In this document: piece after piece, positions 36,145 to 50,569 of the stretch
How the letters are laid out: each line of letters opens with the position of its first letter
How positions within the stretch are numbered: the stretch's first letter is position 1
NCBI GenBank assembly: GCA_043228905.1
Contig: JBHGNT010000070.1
Span: 1-64,000 of the forward strand
Direction of reading: 5' to 3'
DNA: 64,000 bases
DNA from: Azolla caroliniana
Lineage: Eukaryota > Plantae > Polypodiophyta
The notes under the pieces: generated by a model
The model's input: only the letters and a program-made list of their open reading frames with translations
Told to the model about the DNA's origin: nothing
The model's database searches: none
Position numbers and translations under genes: made by a program

Positions 36145-39100
36145 TAAGAGACAAGCAAGAAGATAACCAAATGGACAAGAAAGAAGATAATATTAAAGGA
36201 AAGACTCCATAACTGGTGTTGTTCACCTTGAATTCCTTCAAGGTGAACTCCTCTATTTATACTACATGGCATGCATACTTGTTGCACGCATGTGAATCTA
36301 CAATAGAGCATGTAGGTATGCATGCATGTGCCAAGTGTAAATACTACAAGGGAGCAACCATGCACATGATGCTAGCAAAATAATAAGGACCAATTACATA
36401 CATAACTATGTACTAGATTATCTTGGTTAACTCATAATACTAGATTATAACATGGTCGTGTCAAGAGTTCGAATCTTGACATTATCCCCCCTCCTACGCC
36501 GCCTTCCCAAATCGGCCGCTGGTTTGTGGGGATATCGGTGATGAAAATCTTGGACGACCTCTGGGGCATTTTGTAAATTAGCCGATGGTTCCCACGTGGC
36601 CTCAGACATGGGGTAACCCTCCATAGGACGAGGTATTGGAAGTGTCGACGGTGCCAACGCGAGTCAAGGATTTGGTCAACCTCGTATTCCTCCCCTGTCG
36701 TCAATTGCACAAGTGGTGGTGGTGGGGTTTGACGTCCTAGGAGTTGTGAAGCATAATGGGGTTCGAGGAGGGAGACATGAAAAACATCGTGAATCCGGAA
36801 GTGGGATGGAAGGGCGAGCCGGAAGGTGACGGGATTGATGCACTCGATGATACGGAATGGTCCCAACTTCTTGTAATCAAGTTTCACACATGGACGAGTA
36901 GTAGAGATGTGTCGACGTAACAACCAGACCATGTCTCCAATGACAAAGTGTGGAGTGGAAGATCGATGGCGATCAGCCTACTTCTTGTATCGTTCACAAG
37001 CAAGACTAAGCTCCAAGGATAAATCATGATGTAGTTCTTCCAAAGTGCGGGCGCGATCCTCCGCCGAAGGGTTCACGAAAGTGGTAGGAAGGGAAATGTT
37101 GAAGTGAGGATGTAAACCATAGTTGGCAAAGAAGGGAGTGACGCCAGTCGATGCATGGAGAGAATTATTGTAGGCGAATTCCGTGAGCGAAAGTAAGTTG
37201 ACCCAATCATCTTGTTGGTAACTAACCGAGCACCGAAGATACTGCTCAAGGATTTGGTTGACACGCTCCGTTTGCCCGTCAGTTTGGGGGTGATAAATGG
37301 AGGGTAACTTGACAGAGATGCCTAAATTTTGTAGCAGGCGCTGCCAGAAGTAAGAGACAAACTGGGGTCCGCAATCCGAGATGAGATCATCGGGAAGTCC
37401 ATGCAAGCGTACCACATTGTTGAGTAGTAGATGCACCATTCCGTCTCCGGAAATGGTTTTGGAGCATGGAGTGAAGTGAGCCATCTTCGTAAACCGATCG
37501 ACAACGACCAACACCAAGTCATAGCTATTGACCAAGGGTAGATCAATTATCAGGTCCATAGAGATAGAGGCCCAAGGACGACGAGGACATGGAAGCGGTT
37601 GTAGTAAGTCGTATGGCCGATCATGAATGGCTTTGGAGTGAGCACAAACCTCACAACTCTTTATGTATTCTTTGACCAACTTCCATGGTTGTGGCCACCA
37701 ATAACCCCGAGAGATTAGCTCAAGGGTTTTCGCGACCCCGAAATGACCTGCAAGTGGGTGATCGTGGCATTCCCGCAACACCCGGGTGTGACATGGACCC
37801 TCTGGGACATATAAGAGATGATCTCGGAACAACAAACCCCCTTGTATGGTGAAGGTGTAAAGATCCTTCCTTTTGGTCGCCTTGGAGGGGTTTTGCAGAC
37901 TATCTCAAATCTCGTTGGCGAACACATCGGTCTTGGATGCATCAGTGATTTGTTGGAGTAAAGAATCATCTTGCAACATACAAGTGGCAAAAAGATGCAA
38001 TTGGTCAAGTTTCAACAAACGTCTAGATTGTTGAGCATAAGCAGCATCCCCAGGGTGGAGTGCAAGGTCAGCTCGGCGAGAAAGGGCATCAGCCTTCCCA
38101 TGTTGGCCACCAGGTCGAAATACAATCTCAAAATCGTAGTCGGTGAGAAATGTCGACCAACGGGCCTGCCTTCGATTCAAAGTACGAGTGGTGGAAAAAT
38201 AAACTAAATTTTTATGATCAGTCACTACCTGGACACGATGTTGTGCGCCGGCCAAGTAGGGTCGCCATTCTTCAAAGGCAGCAATGATAGCAGCAAGCTC
38301 CTTGTCGTAAATGGGATAATTGATTTCGGATACCGTAAATTTTCGGGAATAGTAAGCCACTGGGTGCATTAGGTTGTTGTCGTCTGCCTGGGATAAGATG
38401 TCGCCAATGGCAAAGTCAGAGGCATCGGTTTCGACTTGGAAGGGTTTTGTGGGGTCGACATGTAGCAGCACCGAGGCAGTGATGAATGCGTGTTTGAGTG
38501 AGTCAAATGCATTTTGCGCCTCCGGGGTCCATAAAAATGGAGTACCTTTATGGGTGAGAGCGATAAGAGGTTGTGCTAGGGTGGAAAACCCCTTGATGAA
38601 GTGACGGTAAAAATTCGCGAAGCCGAGGAAGGATTGCACATCTTTAAGTCGCCTTAGAGTCACCCACGCTTGAATGACAGAGACCTTCATATCCATGGTG
38701 ATTCCAGTGGGCGAGATGATGTAGCCTAGAAATTCGATCGAGGTATGGTCGAACTTGCATTTCTCGCCTTTGGCATGTGTGCTCCTCCATGTTTGGCGAG
38801 AAAATGAGAATATCATCGAGGTAAATGACAACAAAAAGATCAAGATATTCTCGAAATATATCGTTCATCATATGTTGAAAAACTGCAGGAGCGTTAGTAA
38901 GACCAAAAGGCATTACCTTGTATTCGAAATGCCCATATCGTGTTCGAAATGTGCTTTTCCATTCATCCCCCGGCTTGATGCGTACTAGATTGTACGCTCC
39001 ACGCAGATCAACTTTGGAGAAGACACGCGCAACTCGGAGCCGATCAAGGAGTTCGGGGATCAGAGGTAGCGGATAGTAGTTGCGCACAGTGAGTTTGTTG

Positions 39101-40264
39101 AGACCTCGGTAGTCGACGCATAAGCGTAGAGAGCCATCCTTCTTCTTCACAAATAAAATGGGGGCCCCGGCTGGTGACTTAGAAGGTTGAATAAATCCTT
39201 TCTCGAGGTTCTCATCGAGATACACACGAAGGGCCTTCAACTCTGGTGTAGACAATGCATATAGAGGACCAAAGGGTGGACACGCACCTTCTTGAAGATC
39301 AATCAGACAGTCGTAGAGCCGGTGTTCAAGCAAACGATCAGCATTACATTTTTCAAATACGTCGGAGAAGTGTTGGTATTTTTCGGGAATAACATGGAGT
39401 GTGTTAGAAATGGCGCCACAAACAAACCCATCCTAGACCGATAATGGGGTAGTCAATTCGGAGTCGACCGTCTCCGAAGGATAAGAAACTGGATTTACCT
39501 TCATACTTTTGCACGAGCATCTTGGCTTGTTAAATGTGATCGAGCGGTTGCACCAATCCACTAGTGGATTGTGCACCTCCAACCACGTTAGTCCTAAGAC
39601 GATCGGATGTCAAGGAGATGCGATGAGGTAAAAGGCAAGCTCCTCCTGGTGTGAGCCCACCCGAAGCCCTTATGGGATTGTAGCTTGAGTAATTGCACCT
39701 GACGAGAGGACGCACCCGTCGATGGCTTCAACTGGAATGGGTTTTGAGAGGCCAACGACATGTACGCCATGTGCTTGGGCAAACGCGACGTTGATGAAGC
39801 AAGAAGATGCTCCAGAATCAAGTAAAGCAACAGACTGAATGGAACTAGAGTTAAACGAAAGCCATACCTCCAATGTGGAATTGCCTGATGGTTCGGCAAT
39901 GGAACCAAGAGAATGTGGGCGACGGGAGATGTCTAGTTGCATGGCTCCTACTGCAACCGAACGATGTTGTTTTCCGGATGTTGGGGTTCGTTAGCTCGAT
40001 GGAATTGTGGGCGAGTACTCCTAGGACAATGACGAACGACATGACCGAAGGCGCCACAATACTTGTTGCTCGCATGTGAATCTACAATAGAGCATGTAGG
40101 TATGCATGCATGTGCCAAGTGTAAATACTACAAGGGAGCAACTATGCACATGATGTTAGCAAAATAATAAGGACCAATTATATATATAAATATGTACTAG
40201 ATATCTTGGTTAACTCATAATACTAGATTATAACATGGTCGTGTCAAGAGTTTGAATCTTGACA
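36145..40264 (-). mobile_element. Chromovirus (Tcn1-like Gypsy) with chromodomain; 5' LTR and gag partly deleted
   Basis: LTR copies start (minus strand) TGTCAAGATTC at 36481 and 40264; PPT AGGAGGGGGGATAA. Protease LLDSGAS, RT IYLDD, RNase H, integrase, chromodomain EEYEVDQILDSR...EATWEP. The 5' LTR joins directly to the gag zinc knuckle at ~40058. Confidence 0.92.
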
Positions 40265-40800
40265 GAATCCGACAACCGGACAAATCCGGCAATCGGCGAC
40301 CAGACGGAGCTGGCAACCAAAAATCGGACGGAGCCAATAACCGAACGGTGACAACCGAAAATCAAATGAAGCCGGCAACCGAATGGAACCGACGATCGAA
40401 CCGGAACCGGACTGGATGGATGAGGCCGGACGCGGACCGGACGGATCAAAGCATGGGCCAAACTTTACGGATTATAAGATCATGCGACTGAACTAAAGTA
40501 AAGTAAAGTAAAGTAAAAGTCATGTGGAAGGAATGCAACTAAAGGTGGAGACCATGCATAAAGTAAAGGTCATGTGAAAGGCATGCAACTAAAGGGAAAA
40601 GCCATGCAACTAAAAGTGGGGAGAAAAAGGAACATGAAAGGGGGGATCAACAAAGAAACCCATATCAATTCCATTTTTTTTCCTACACTCATTCTCTCCA
40701 TTTTTATTATCTTTTCCTTCTTACGGTTCCCTTATCTCACGGGAGCCATAACACTCAAAAACCCTAATTTTTCTCTTTCACACACGATATAAAAACTAGT
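40265..40800 (+). repeat. Unclassified repeat with an ACCGG-rich tract and ATGCAACTAAA tandem motifs; related copy at ~49500-50090
   Basis: Both loci share AAACTTTA(C/T)GGAT, repeated (C)ATGCAACTAAA(A/G)G and GGATCAACAAAGA. Confidence 0.55.
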
Positions 40801-41079
40801 AAAAAATTTATTTAAGATTAGCTTAATGTATTCATATAGAAAGATAGATCTTTTCAAGAGCTTCATAACGTATTTCACTACGCATGAAACGGATAAACAA
40901 GTATCGAGTTATGTGAGTGTGAAGTTTAAAGGAAAAAAAAAAACAGACAAAACTATGAGATATCCCACATAGATAGGACAACATTGGAACCCAAGATATA
41001 TAAGGGAAACCAAAACATATTCATTCTATCAATGTGTGGAGCATAGAATGTTCAAGGTGACTTGGGCTACATTGTGTGG

Positions 41080-44000
41080 TGTGGACGCTTCGAGTGTATG
41101 TGCGTATGCACGGCCGTGTGGATGCTTTGGGCATACACGCACATGCACACTTTTGGATGTACACGCGTGTGCAAGTTTCGGACGTACGCGTGCACAGCCA
41201 TGTGGACGTTCTGGACGAGCGTGCGAATGCGTACACGGTGCGGTCGGGACACGCCCGTGCGTGGATGCATACACTACGTTGTCCTGCCTTTCGGCTTCGG
41301 ATCGTGAGTCAGGTGTGAACCACTGAGGTTTTAGACTAGGAGAAAGAAAAATACAATATAAGGCTAGTTATGAATAAGTAGAAAGAGAAGTAAGAAATAA
41401 AACTTGTGAATCCCACGTTGTCAAGGAAATCCTCACGCATGTAGAAGTCGGGCAAGACCAAGGCAGTCTCGAACCAAGGAATCGAGAAAACGAGGAGGGA
41501 GGAGTTTTAGGATCGCGTAGGTCTCGACACCTCGGGGAAACAAGTAGGGCTATCAAACAAGAGAGGGTAAGAGAGTCGTGCATAGATGCAGGCACGAGCA
41601 AGACATTGAGAACAACATTTGTTAGGCAGAGAAGGTTTCTATTAAACAACACAGATGCGCGGTGTTGTGGGTGATTACAACCGGATCAGAGCCGGTGATG
41701 GAGCGTAGAGCTTGGCAATAGCCAGACACAAAGGTACGTTGGCACGCTGAAGGTCGATCCCCTGGACGGGAGCACTCGGGTGTCTGACGCGTGTCGGGGA
41801 AGCGCCTTCCGACAATCTGTCCTTCCTCTCCTCTTTATATATATCCTCTCTCCTTAAAAACGGAAACCTGAAGACAGTCGAACGTCGTCCCTTTTATAAC
41901 ACAAGGGGCAACTGTTACAAGCATACATGACCCGTCGCTTTCCCTTCCAAGATTCTTTCCCATGATTCACTCCCCTCATCACTCTCCCTACATATGCGAT
42001 GGTCTATTTCTTCTTTAATGCTCTAACTACCTAGTGCCCCTCCGTATACTCATGCCATATACTTTCCCTTATTTAATTCTCTCGAGGTGTGCACTCGCGT
42101 AAACCGGTGTTCCTACGCATTTCACCTTGTTGCTACCTATGGCCCGAAATCTTCACGACATCCACCCCCACTAAACCGCACATCCACCGATATGTGCCGG
42201 ATGGTGAATTTAGTGGAGGATTCTGGGCCATCAGTTACTCGTCCTCCTCTCCTGAACTGGTGCTTTCGGCTACAGGGTCTGGTTCCTCCTCGTTTCATCT
42301 CTTGAAGGCTTTTATCCGCTTTCTAGCCACCGGAGTCGTTCTTTGCGTCCCATCGAGCTCCGCGAGATGATACGTGGCGTTGTCGTTGACGCTATTCACC
42401 ACGTACGGCCCGAACCATCGCTTTGCGAACTTGCGCATAGACCCATGTTGGTTGTCGAGGTTGCTGTCGTAGACTAACACCCAGTCGCCTTCCTTGATCT
42501 TCCTTGGCCGGAGCCGGTGCGTTCGGTCGAACCAGGCTTTGTTTCGGATCCTTGCTTCTCTCACCCTCGTCGTGGCTCGTTCCACGTCTTCCAGTCTTCA
42601 CTCTTCCCTACTAATTTCGCTAGCCCAATCGATCGCTACCCACGAGGCGATCGTTCGCTCTACTGGCATGATGGGTTCTTGCCCGTACATTAGTTCCGCC
42701 AACATGTATCCTGTCACTGAACTGTGGGTAGTCTTGTCCGCCCATAACATGTACGAGAGCAACCTCGGCCAGTCGCCGACTCGACCCTTGCACACGCGTA
42801 CAATGGCCTTTACTATCGGACTTTGGCCCCGTTCAATCTTTCTGCTTGCCTTCGGGTAGTACGCCATTGTGAGAGACAGTTTTACACCTAACCGATCGAA
42901 CAGTTCCTCGGCCTCTTTCATATCTAGCTCGCCTCGGTTAGCCACGATTTTTCCCACGCACCCGTATCGGCATACGACATCTTCGATCAAAAACTTGCAT
43001 ACTGCCGTGGTGTTGTTCATTACTACCCGGCCCTCTACCTGGTTCGTTAGGTCTTCTCTAGCCAGCACCAGGTATCGCTTCTGACCCTCCCCCATCGGCA
43101 TCGTCACTAAGTCGACCATCCATTTGAAGTGCACGGCCGGGGGGTATGTTGGGTGCAACTCGTCACGGTGTTGAACCACCAAGTGCATCTGGCAGCTTTC
43201 GCATATGGACACGAAGTCATGCACGCTCTTATATATACCCGGCCACCAGTATTTCTCCTTTAACTTCTCGAATGTGGCCCATGTACCCCGGTATCCAGAC
43301 CAAGGGCTTTCTTGGAACTCCAATATTAGCTTCTCTTAATCATCTGCCCGCACTATTACCCAGAGCGGCGCGTCGTTTCGCCTTTTTGGGACCCTCCAGA
43401 TCTTCCCGTTCTATAGGAAGTCTCAGTATGCCCTTTTTCGGAGTTGTCCCGTTTCCTCCCTAGTCATCGAGGCGTCCGCCGTCATTGTTTTTAGAAATCT
43501 TCCGATTAGAAGACACTCCCCATCGTAGTCGTCTTCATCGAACTCATTCATAGGCGGAGCGCTTCGCCCTTTTATCCTCATCCTTGCCAATTCGAAGAAG
43601 TCTGCGCCAACTTCTTCGCTCTCTGATACCATGCAGTCCTCATCCTCAAATCTTGCTCTAGAAAGCATATCGGCCATGTCGTTGTCTTTACCCGAGATGT
43701 GTCGTATCTCCGGGTTCAGGGACTTGATGTACGCAATCCACCTGAGCATGGCTAGGTCGGGAGTTGCGCATCCGGAGACCATACCAAGAATCAGCAAGCA
43801 GTCTGTTTCGATAATTACTTCTATCCCGATGATGTAGTCTTTGTCGACCTTAACCGCCGAAACGATACCCCACAGCTCGCACTTGACTTGGGCGTACCAT
43901 TGCTATCGCTCCCTCAGTACCTTCGCACCGAACCGGATAGGGAAGCGCATGCCCTCTTCGTCCCTTTGATTCACAACCCACCGAACCGGTTGGGCTGGTG

Positions 44001-47000
44001 TCCACAGTGATGTAGACCGGAGTTCCCGGTGTGTATTCCGCTTTGCACAAACCCAGTGTCGCGGTAAGCGTTCATTTTAGTTTCCGGACCGCCTCCGTAT
44101 GTTCCTTCGTCCATTCGAATTTTCCTGTTCTTCAACAGGCCGTAGAGTGGTTCGGCGACGTGCGCGTAATGAGGGATCCATATGTGGTAGAAGGCGCATA
44201 CCCCCAGGAATCGTTGGACCTCTGTGATGGATCCGCACTCCTCTGTGATGGTCAACGATGGCTTCCGGCCATGCGGCCCACATAGGTGGCCGACCACTAA
44301 TATCTCCGGCTGTCTGAAAGCCGAATTTTTTCCCAAGAAGGTAAGTCGTACGCCCTCGAGCCTCTATAGTATCTTCTCGCAGTCGGAGATGTGATCCGCA
44401 ACAAACCTTCGGCACCCATCCGTGCCGATTGATTCATCCTTAGTGTCTTCCGAACACCCCTTTATAGGGATGTCGTCTAAGAAAGGCATGGTGATGTTCG
44501 GTATGCAGTCCCTCAGAACTTTATTCATTGCGTTCACCATGTGTGCCACCGAGTTGGTTCCGCCTTGTGGTAGGGTACACATTCGAACTAGGCCGAGAGG
44601 GGTCCGCATTGTCGTGATGTCCCTACTTTCCACGGCGAGCTGGATTTGGTCGTACCCTGAGTAAAGATCTCTGACTGAGTATATGGACCTTCTGGCGAAG
44701 GCTTCAGCGAACTCATCGATCGACGGCCCGACCCCCGTATTGTGGATGGTCCCTTTGTTGACCGGTTGTAAGTCCTGGATGAACCGCAACGTGTCGTTCT
44801 TCTTTGGTACCGTAAACCACCGGTTAGAGTAAGGGGCCCTCGACGGTTCGAGGATGCCCAGCTCCACTTTTTGCTTAAGAAGCTTCATCAGCATCGGCAT
44901 GTGAGCTCTTGGTACTGGGATCGGCTTCAAACTCCATGGTATGTGTGGTATTGTAAAGATCACCATTGGCTCGATGATGGTCGGGTCAACGCACCCGATC
45001 TCTCCCAGTGAGAATGCGAAGGCCTTCCCGTGCCTCTCGAGCATTCTTCTGAACCGGTCCTCTTCCGCCAGCAGTAGGAAGCCACCCCCACCGATCTTCA
45101 GCTCTCGTAGCGTTTTGTCGATGAAACGATGTCCTATGCCGGCCGAATTTTGTAGGCTCGGGTTGGTAGCGACCCCCTTTATTCGTCCCCACATGCCCTC
45201 CGGTAAGGGGGGCACAACGAGCTTCACCTTCCGGTCCACAAGCTTGTATTTAGTGTCTACTTGGGTGATCCGATGCGCCCGGGTTTCTCTTTCGAAGTTC
45301 GTAATGACTTCATACATGTCGATGGAGTTGACCGGTATGACTCGGTTTTCCCTTAGGCCTCCTTCGACTACCTTCCCGATTTCCCCCAAGGTGTCATTGA
45401 ACGAGACCGCCTCCACGGCTTCCCCAATTCCTTCGTCGTGGCTTAAGGCTCTGCATGCCTTCAAGCGTACCTCGGCCCGTTTCCTTTCCCAGTCGTTGAT
45501 GCTGGCTATGGTACACCCCCCGTTGTTGGAGAACAAAACTTTCCTACCTATTTTACGGGTGTGGGGAGTTTCCCGATTGTACGGACTTGTTAAGTAATTA
45601 AGTAATTAACTAGGATTAATTAGAGACTAATTATATGGTTACGTTAAGCAACGGAAGATTAGTATGATATGCGCGTGAGAGTGTGTGAGAGGAAGAGAGA
45701 GAGAGAGAGGAAGTTACACTTGAACACAAAGATAAATGGGGGATGATTGACTATATTGAAAAGTGTCATCAACATACAAAAATACCCACAATGAGGTATA
45801 TATACAACCCATGTGCAAAGGTGCACATGTGTGGGTAGAACATAGGTACTTATGTGTAAGTCCTACATTAAATGTACTAAGGAGTGGAGGATCTAGAATA
45901 TCCCACTTAAGTACAAGGTCCTATTTAAAGGCTTAAGGTCAACACATTAACTAGATTCGATCTAGGTAACTACTAAGTTACATGTGTTGACCAACTACAT
46001 TAAACTAGTTGAGCTTGATATCTCAACAGGACTATTGTGGCCCCACGCCTTGATGGCCCTATCTAAAAATCCGGCTTTTCATCATTTCCGAGGGTGTCCC
46101 GGTTTCGTTCGTGGTTCTTTCGAACGGTCAAAAATTGGACGGAGTGACGACCGTCTTGACTTTTTACCCTCGCATAGGCTCAACCGTTGTCCATCACTTT
46201 CGTCTCCATTCTAGCCGCAGTGATGTAGGGTTCCCCGAGGATGACCGGGTGGGAGGACGTTTCTTGCACAAAAAAGTGTTGGTTTATGTCGACGTCTCCG
46301 ATGCTCACCCTTACGTTCGGGCAGGCCCCATGCAGCTCTTCCATGGCTCTTGTTGCCGTGTGTATCTTCTACCCGTGTTTGGTGTTGATCGGCCAATTTA
46401 CCTTTTTGTAGAAGTCCATGGACATTAGGTTGATTTCCTACCCATGGTTGATTAATGCCACCACTGGTTCCTTGACATTCCCGATTCGAACCGGGGTTTC
46501 TGTAGTAGCTCTTGCCCAGTGCGGCTTGGCATAGTGGATCTCCGCAAGCTTGTCTTCTGTGGCAATCTCGTCGAGGAGTGCCGCCCTCACCTCAACTGGC
46601 TTCTCGGGTTCGAGTTCCGTCGCGAGACGCTTTCTCTTCACGAGGTCCACGATGTTGTCGTGGAACTCCCTTCTTGCTATACCGAGCACTTCCCTAAGCG
46701 TGAGTTCTATGCGATTGTCGAGAACTCGCTCCTCTAGAACCTTTTGTAGGTTCATTGTTTTCTCGATTTCTGAGCTTACGCGGAAGTTTGGAATCCTGCA
46801 CTTCTTCTCCTGGGACCCAGTCGGAGCAGCATCGTTCTTCTTGGGCGTGCTTCGAGTGTCATACCTCCCCAAAGGGCCTGCTCCCTCAATTTTCCCCTCT
46901 CGTCTTTCGTCGATCAAGGCCTCGTAGTTCCTGCACACGGCTTCCACAAAGCTGGTGCTTTCTTCAACGGGGTCGCTCCACCCGGTAACTTCACGCACAC

Positions 47001-48955
47001 ATTCTTCTACACGCTCCGCTTCCCCCTTCTGCAACCTTCCTCCAGTCAAGGTCTCGAGAATAGCCGGCCAAAACCCAGGGTTTGAATCGGGTTTGGCACC
47101 CTTTTCCCCTACTCGGATGCCAGCCTAAGCCGAATAGTGGATGGCTTCAACGTGTCGGGCCGCAGCCTCTTCCATTAGCCTCTTCATGCCACCTCGTCTG
47201 AAATTCATGTCGAGCAGTCTTCGTGTGTCGCTTGCATGTACTCAGTCGTTCGAAAGGTACACTACATTACTCCTGAGTGCTTCTCCGAAGTCAGCGCATT
47301 CTCTCCGGGTATGCCCAGTGGCATCGCACCATACGCACCTCTGATTTGTCGGCGGTCACCGGTCGCACGGCTGACCCTCATCGCTTCGGTGGGCTTCGGC
47401 GATCTGGAGGTCGCGTACCATCCTTGTTAGTTCTTTTAGCCCTGCGTCGCCTGTAGGTCCCGCGATTATATTCGTCGAGGATCCCTTTTCTTTCCAGTCT
47501 CAGCGTTTGTCAATCCTATTGCATACTTCTTTGACGGTCGCCCAGTCAGTCGTGAGACCTCGGTTGGTTTCCAGAAGAAGACCCACGCTTTCCCGGATGC
47601 GCGAGTCAAAAGATGTCACGAAAAATAGGACTTTGCTTGTTTCGAGCATGGTTCGGTCCAATCTAGAGAGTCACGTGAACCGCGACTCGAACTCCTGGAG
47701 GAGCGCCAAAGCGTTTTGACCCTTTGTCGGGGCTGTTGACCCGAGGAAACCCCACTAGCCATCTATCTTCGGGTATGTTCCTCATCTACATTTCAGATTT
47801 GTAGGCCTCTAAGTAACTTGTGGCGTCCTTTCCGCCGAACCGGCCTATCTTGCCAGCCGTTGCTTCTATGGCCCGGTCGAGGGCACTCGCGCCCTGACGA
47901 GCACTAACCAAGCGATCTACCGCCACCGCCATTGCTTCTGCAAGTTCGCTTCCTCTCATCTCCAGATTCGGAAGTACGCGTGCACGGACGTGTGGACGTT
48001 CTGGACGAGCGTGCGAATGCGTACACGGTGCGGTGGGGACGCGCCCGTGCGTGGATGCATACTCTACGTTGTCATGCCTTTCGGCTTCGGATCGTTGCGT
48101 GAGTTAGGTGTGAACCACTGAGGTTTTCGACTAGGAGAAAGAAAAATACAATATAAGGCTAGTTATGAATAAGTAGAAAGAGAAGTAAGAAATAAAACTT
48201 GTGAATCCCACAATGTCGAGGAAATCCTCACGAATGCATAGAAGTCGAGCAAGACCACAGGGGTCTCGAACCAAGGAATCGAGAAAACGAGGAGGGAGGA
48301 GTTTCAGGATCGCGGAGGTCTCGAGACCACGGGGAAACAAGTAGGGCTAGCAAACAAGGGAGGGTAAGAGAGTCGTGCATAGACGTAGGCACGAGCAAGA
48401 CACTGAGAACAACGTTTGTTAGGCAGAGAAGGTTTCTATTAAACAACACAGGTGCGCGGTGTTTTGGGTGATTACAACCGGATCAGAGCCGGTGATGGAG
48501 CGTAGAGCTTGGCAATAGCCAGACACAAAGGTACGTTGGCACGCTGAAGGTCGATCCCCTGGACGGGAGCACTCGAGCGTCTAACGCGTGTAGGGGAAGC
48601 GCCTTCCGACAATCTGTCCTTCCTCTCCTCTCTGTATATCCTCTCTCCTTAAAAATGGAAACCTAAAGACAGTCGAAGGTCGTCCCTTTTATAACACAAG
48701 GGGCGACCGTTACAAGCATACATGACCCGTCGCTTTCCCTTCCAAGATTCTTTCCCATGATTCACTCCCCTCGTAACTCTCCCTACATATGCGATGGTCT
48801 ATTTCTTCTTTAATGCTCTAACTACCTAGTGCCCTTCCGTATACTCATGCCATATACTTTCCCTTATTTAATTCTCTTGAGGCGTGCACTCGCGTAAACC
48901 GGTGTTCCTGTGCGTTTCACCTTGTTTCTACCTATGGCCTGGAATCTTCACGACA
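41080..48955 (-). mobile_element. Gypsy (non-chromovirus, fungal-like RT, possibly Phygy-type) with ~1-kb LTRs (~41080/41200-42160 and ~47965-48955), degenerate
   Basis: Long direct repeats ending CTTCACGACA at 42160 and 48955; PPT TGGGGGTGGA. RT DLYSGYDQ..TPLGLVRMCTLPQG..PFLDDIPIKG; integrase HFKWMVDLV; gag next to the right LTR. Left LTR boundaries are approximate and no TSD was resolved. Confidence 0.88.
45588..46028. mobile_element. Solo LTR (441 bp), perfect TSD GGACT
   Basis: GGACT|TGTTAAG...CTCAACA|GGACT. Confidence 0.92.
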
Positions 48956-50569
48956 ACGTGTTTAGTGTATTTAATCAATATTTAGATTGTAAAAAAGAGA
49001 ATTTTGATGATAAACTCGTGAATCCCAGAAATATAGTAGATTGATCAATCCTTGTAAAATAATCAACAACACCATACATCTTTCTCTACTTCTTATATAA
49101 GGATGAAAGAGGCTAAGCATACTAAAGTGTTCTAAAGTGTTCAATCCTTTTCTAAAGCATACTAGATTGATCAATCCTTTTCTAAAGTGTTCATGCACAC
49201 TAAATGTGCATGAGTTGCTTTTTACACTATGCTTTTATTTCCTAAATATAGTGCTCATGTTCACCAGATGTGCACGAGTAATTTTTGTTGGTGTACATTT
49301 TTCTTATAAATAAAGTATTCGCGCATTCTAAAAATGCATGACTTACCTTTTAATAAAGGTAGGCGTAAATCAAGGTCTTATATCTATTAAATCTATATTT
49401 AGAACACTTAAGATAAGTTAGTACAATGGTAAGGTTAGGGTTTCTCTACGTGGTTTATTGGGTTCAAATCTTGCCCTATGCATGTAACAATTTTTTTTCT
49501 ATTTACAAATTTGCCTCTTCATCCGGTGAGAGTCTCTCACCGGCCTTCTTTATTCGACTCTTGTCGGTTCTGCTTGATCCGGTTCTTACCGGGTCTCCTT
49601 ACCAATTCCTCCTTGTCGGTCCCTCCTTCATCCGGTTCTCACCGGTTCTCCTTACCGGTTCCTCCTTGCCGGTTCCTCCTTGTCCCATCCGGAGGGACAA
49701 AATTGCAATTTTCACGTAGTGTGCGAATTACACTACGATGGCGCGGCCGAGACTTTTGCGCGCAGACGCGTCTATGGTTTGGTTGCAACGCATATGCGAA
49801 TTGCACACAAGCTAAACTTTATGGATGATTGGGTCATTTGGTCGAATTATACGGACGATCGCATGCAACTAAAAGCCAAGGCCATGCAACTAAAAGTAAA
49901 AGGCATGCAACGAAAAATGGAAGCATGCAACTAAAAGTAGAGGCCATGCAACTAAAAGTGGACATGCAAAGTAACATTGGGAAGGAGGATCAACAAAGAG
50001 CTCGATATATGTTCCATTTTTTCCCTCTACTTTTTTTTTCCGTTCTTCTTCTCTCTCTCATTCCTTGGGGGAAGAAATCTCTCTCATATTGATATCGGAC
50101 CACTCCTTACATGGTTATTGGCTCCTTCCTTTCAAGAATAATCTCTCATATTCATATTGGACCACTTCTTATATGGTTGTTGGCTCCTTTCTTTAAAAAA
50201 ATTTATCTCTCATTTTCATCTCCAACCCTTTGTAACAAGATTCTTGAATTATAAAAGAATCTATTTTCTTATGCAATAAACAAACGTTTTCTTATAAAAA
50301 TTGCTCGATTAGGGCTTGTTCATCCCAAAGAATATCGCTTACGATGAGATAAAAATTGGCAGCATATCTTGATGTTGGTTGATCACCTTGAGATAGTGTA
50401 CGAATCTTGTTGATTGTTGTTCTTGCCCCATCTATATCTCAAAAGCAAGCCTTAAATTCTTTGATAAATTCCTCGAAATTATGCAGTAGAGGAGAATGTC
50501 TCTAGTAATGGAGAAAACCACGACAACATTATGTCAGTCAATAAGGTACCCACTAACCCGATTCATGAT

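Noticed and set aside
34595-46028. One LTR element bounded by the two 441-bp repeats
   Set aside because: Each repeat has its own TSD and interrupts a different host whose flanks rejoin; the outer flanks (CATAT vs GGACT) do not match.
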